DNA of 41,847 bases from a virus. Under the pieces are notes generated by a model, which saw only the letters and a program-made list of their open reading frames with translations, did not search any database and was not told where the DNA came from. The first letter of the stretch is position 1. Every line of letters begins with the position of its first letter. Positions 39,687-41,847 of the stretch are shown here, in pieces. Made by a program: the position numbers and the translations under genes. The stretch lies in IMG/VR virus record IMGVR_UViG_3300031953_000042; one strand, 5' to 3'.

Positions 39687-40157
39687 ATGCCTACAGTTCG
39701 CAAGCAATACGGCCCCACCGTGAAGTGCACTTTCACCGGAGACCTAGCGACAACGCACCGCCCCGGTAACTCTGGCCCGTTCTTTTGCATGAATTGCGGG
39801 GAGACCGATCACCCCGAGGTTGACTACGCGGAACACTTCGCGGGGAAAGCCGCCGAAGCGGAAGCCGCGAAGCCGACCGAAGAGACACCGACCGGCGCCG
39901 CCCTGTCACCGTTCTACACAAACATCCCGACGCCGGTCAAAGACGGGGACACGGTTACTCTTACGTTTGACGAACACCACGGCCGCGAGTATGTCGTCGG
40001 CGATATGAGTCGCAACGGCAAGGCGGCTTTCTTGTACGGAATGCCCGACGGGAAGCCGGCGCCGCTCTCAACTCCCGGCGTGCTCCGCTTCGGCCCGTTC
40101 AACGTGAGCGAGTTCCGAGCAACCCGCAAGACGCACGCCGCACGCTCCCCGAAATAA
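39687..40157 (+). CDS. Hypothetical protein (N-terminal Cys knuckle, C-terminal beta-rich module)
   Basis: 156 aa. Contains KCTFTG...FFCMNCGETDH. Confidence 0.65.
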   Translation: MPTVRKQYGPTVKCTFTGDLATTHRPGNSGPFFCMNCGETDHPEVDYAEHFAGKAAEAEAAKPTEETPTGAALSPFYTNIPTPVKDGDTVTLTFDEHHGREYVVGDMSRNGKAAFLYGMPDGKPAPLSTPGVLRFGPFNVSEFRATRKTHAARSPK

Positions 40158-40172
40158 CCCACAACCCCAACC

Positions 40173-40199
40173 GCGGCGCCGGCATCCCGCCGGCGCCGC
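40173..40199 (+). promoter_or_regulatory. Intercistronic stem-loop H3 (11-bp perfect stem, loop ATCCC)
   Basis: GCGGCGCCGGC ATCCC GCCGGCGCCGC. Confidence 0.7.
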
Positions 40200-40219
40200 C
40201 CCAACAGATCGGAAAGACA

Positions 40220-40645
40220 ATGCCCAAACTCCACGAAGCTCTCGCACAGTTCGCAACCGTCGCCCGTGCCATGCCCGGCGCCGACCCCATCATTCGCCCA
40301 ATGGCCGCGCTCGACTGTTCACAAGTCGAAGCGTTCACCGGGGTTCTCCGCGCGATCGGCGAAGTTGAGCTCGCCGACTCCCTCTTGGCCGAGCACGAAG
40401 CGCACGACCGGAAGTACGGCAACCGCGCACACAACGACGAACTGCCAACGACACCCGTCGCCCCGCCGTTGCCGTTCCTGATTGACGAACGAATCGCAAC
40501 GATTCGCCCCGCGGTTCTCTCCACCGGTGCCGAGCTCGGATCCATTCGCCTAGTCGAGTCCACAACCGGCACACTCCACAAGCAAGTGCTGAACGTCTTC
40601 GGAGAATGGGAAGACGCGCTCGAGCTCGCACCCGTAGCCGGCTAG
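40220..40645 (+). CDS. Hypothetical protein
   Basis: 141 aa. It is the last gene of the plus-strand cassette. Confidence 0.65.
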   Translation: MPKLHEALAQFATVARAMPGADPIIRPMAALDCSQVEAFTGVLRAIGEVELADSLLAEHEAHDRKYGNRAHNDELPTTPVAPPLPFLIDERIATIRPAVLSTGAELGSIRLVESTTGTLHKQVLNVFGEWEDALELAPVAG

Positions 40646-40658
40646 CCCGCAACGAACG

Positions 40659-40696
40659 AAAGCCCCGCACCGGGTAGGGTGCGGGGCTTTCTTTGT
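40659..40696. terminator. Bidirectional intrinsic terminator (T1) between convergent genes
   Basis: AAAGCCCCGCAC CGGGTAGG GTGCGGGGCTTT. It is followed by TCTTTG on the plus strand and TTTCGTTCGTT on the minus strand. Confidence 0.75.
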
Positions 40697-40702
40697 GGGC
40701 TC

Positions 40703-41101
40703 TTACTCGGCCGGGTGTCGCGACTTGCGCGGCTCAACGTCGAAGATCACCTGAGAGCGGCGCCGGAGTCGAGCAACCAACGAAGCGTCTAGGCGGGTGA
40801 TCGTGACGGCGACGCCGAAGTACACGGCGAAGCGGAACGCCGGCCGCCATTCGAGCACGTCGGGCGGGGAGACATACCAAGGGGCGCTTCCGCCGACGAA
40901 GATCGCGACGAAGATCAGCGCCACCACTCCGAGCAACGAGAGCGTGAACCAGAACACAAGCTGCCCGGCCGCGGTGTCATACCAGCGGAACCGGAAGCCG
41001 TAGAGAGCAACCCACACGATAAGGGCGCCGGATATGTAGAGAACGGTCATGTTCGCCACAACCCACAAGGCGGGGTTGATGTAGTCGGTTAGTGCGTCCA
41101 A
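40703..41101 (-). CDS. Membrane protein (about 4 TM)
   Basis: TTG 41101 with GGAGGG 8 nt upstream. Hydrophobic stretches: ALWVVANMTVLYISGALIVWVALYG, LVFWFTLSLLGVVALIFVAIFVG and FRFAVYFGVAVTI. Confidence 0.6.
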   Translation of the reverse strand: MDALTDYINPALWVVANMTVLYISGALIVWVALYGFRFRWYDTAAGQLVFWFTLSLLGVVALIFVAIFVGGSAPWYVSPPDVLEWRPAFRFAVYFGVAVTITRLDASLVARLRRRSQVIFDVEPRKSRHPAE

Positions 41102-41331
41102 GGGTTGCGCCCTCCATAGTTTCGGCGGGGGGTTAGTGCTGTTTCCAACTCGGCGCCGAATGAATCGGGCACGGCGGTAATTCTAAGACGTGCGAAGACC
41201 GGTGCCAGTTGCCGGCGCGTTGTCTGTATCTGGCCGAGTTCCGCGACGGCCGCGGCTTGTGCTGAACGTGCGGCGGCTATCCCGGCGCGCACGTCGGCCG
41301 GAGTGTCGGCCGGTAGTTCTTCGAGACTCAC
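41089..41331 (-). CDS. Hypothetical protein
   Basis: 80 aa. GTG start in a GTGA overlap with the upstream gene. Confidence 0.5.
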   Translation of the reverse strand: MSLEELPADTPADVRAGIAAARSAQAAAVAELGQIQTTRRQLAPVFARLRITAVPDSFGAELETALTPRRNYGGRNPWTH

Positions 41332-41684
41332 GATTGTGCCCCCTTGGTCGTGTCACCATTGTGCCCCCGTTGGGGGGTTGCGGGGCGTTGCTCGAACAAC
41401 ATTTCGATATATCTGTTGGCATCCACAGACTCTTTGAGGGTTGCCGCGGTCTCCGTGTGAACGGCCGCGAGAGCAACGTGGGCGGCTTTCCAGTCGTCGG
41501 CGAGGGTCTTGTAAACCGAAAGCGTGTTGTCTTTCTCGGTGAGCAACTTCGTTACTTGCTCGGCCGTGTACCAGTGACCGGAAGTCTGCCGGCGAATCAG
41601 CCAGATTAGAACGCTGATCAGCGCACCGACTGAGCTCGCCGCAATGCCAAGCGATACGGGCCACGGCACTATCTGTTCCAACAT
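41328..41684 (-). CDS. Signal-anchor membrane protein with helical ectodomain
   Basis: ATG 41684 with AAAGGGGGAG upstream. Sequence: MLEQIVPWPVSLGIAASSVGALISVLIWLI followed by a charged helical region. Confidence 0.6.
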   Translation of the reverse strand: MLEQIVPWPVSLGIAASSVGALISVLIWLIRRQTSGHWYTAEQVTKLLTEKDNTLSVYKTLADDWKAAHVALAAVHTETAATLKESVDANRYIEMLFEQRPATPQRGHNGDTTKGAQS

Positions 41685-41701
41685 GCTCCCCCTTTCATAA
41701 A

Positions 41702-41734
41702 GCGAGCCCCGCACCGGGTAGGGGCGGGGCTCGC
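41702..41734 (-). terminator. Hairpin T2 downstream of the holin-like gene, near-identical to T1
   Basis: GCGAGCCCCGC ACCGGGTAGGG GCGGGGCTCGC. On the minus strand it is followed by TTTAT. It shares AGCCCCGCACCGGGTAGGG and GCGGGGCT with T1. Confidence 0.55.
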
Positions 41735-41847
41735 GGCCGTGCTTAGTTTATTCGCCGGCCGGTTTGATCGGTGCGAGCCATGAAAGCCACGGCGTGTTGC
41801 TAATCAACGCATTGACGGCGGGTTGCGCCATAATCTGCGCGAGCAGT
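41721..41847. repeat. Terminal overlap copy 2. It duplicates the 3' end of the holin-like gene (28-127) and half of a hairpin.
   Basis: Exact duplicate of 1-127. It contains no independent genes. Confidence 0.95.

Noticed and set aside
39302-40199. Repeated hairpins as a possible CRISPR-like array
   Set aside because: There are only three copies and their stems differ in sequence. The 'spacers' are 290-470-bp protein-coding genes with RBSs. No cas genes are present.
1-41847. Prophage boundaries or att sites implied by the identical ends
   Set aside because: The 127-bp identity interrupts a CDS and a hairpin, and the flanks contain no bacterial genes. No integrase, excisionase or CI-like repressor was recognised. 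I interpret it as circular assembly overlap.

Overview
This window is a complete, circularly closed genome of a GC-rich tailed dsDNA phage with a siphovirus-type gene order. Bases 1-127 are repeated exactly at 41721-41847, leaving 41,720 unique bp. Several features point to an actinobacterial host: a class-E sortase LAxTG signal, PE/PT-rich wall-spanning linkers, frequent GTG/TTG starts, and GC-rich hairpin terminators lacking U-tracts. Almost all genes lie on the minus strand in one long, translationally coupled array; most junctions are ATGA, GTGA or TAATG overlaps. In transcription order, an XRE/Cro-like HTH gene at 38683 opens the early region. That region holds a RuvC-like resolvase, an SMC/SbcC-like ATPase, a J-domain protein, a YqaJ exonuclease plus RecT, an orphan DPPY DNA methyltransferase, an HNH endonuclease, an ASCH protein, a secreted LAFTG-anchored surface protein, a DnaQ-like exonuclease and many small ORFs. 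A hairpin terminator at about 21.4 kb precedes an SPP1-like late module: TerS, TerL, portal, MuF, scaffold, major capsid, connectors, major tail, G/GT chaperones with an A_AAA_AAA slippery site, tape measure, Dit, Tal-like protein and a collar-domain fibre. The lysis cassette follows and wraps across the contig junction. A short divergent plus-strand cassette of four genes (38824-40645) is punctuated by covarying stem-loops with an invariant AUCCC loop. I recognised no integrase, repressor, tRNA, CRISPR array, reverse transcriptase, DNA polymerase, primase or helicase. The most interesting items are: (1) the phage-encoded sortase-substrate surface protein; (2) the covarying hairpin plus start-associated motif system in the plus-strand cassette; (3) a plus-strand intrinsic terminator with a possible promoter, antisense to the start of a small two-TM protein gene; (4) a three-gene membrane cassette bracketed by near-identical hairpins; and (5) several unannotated zinc-ribbon or Cys-rich miniproteins and a small paralogous gene family. 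All functional calls rest on motif recognition by eye; no database search was run.
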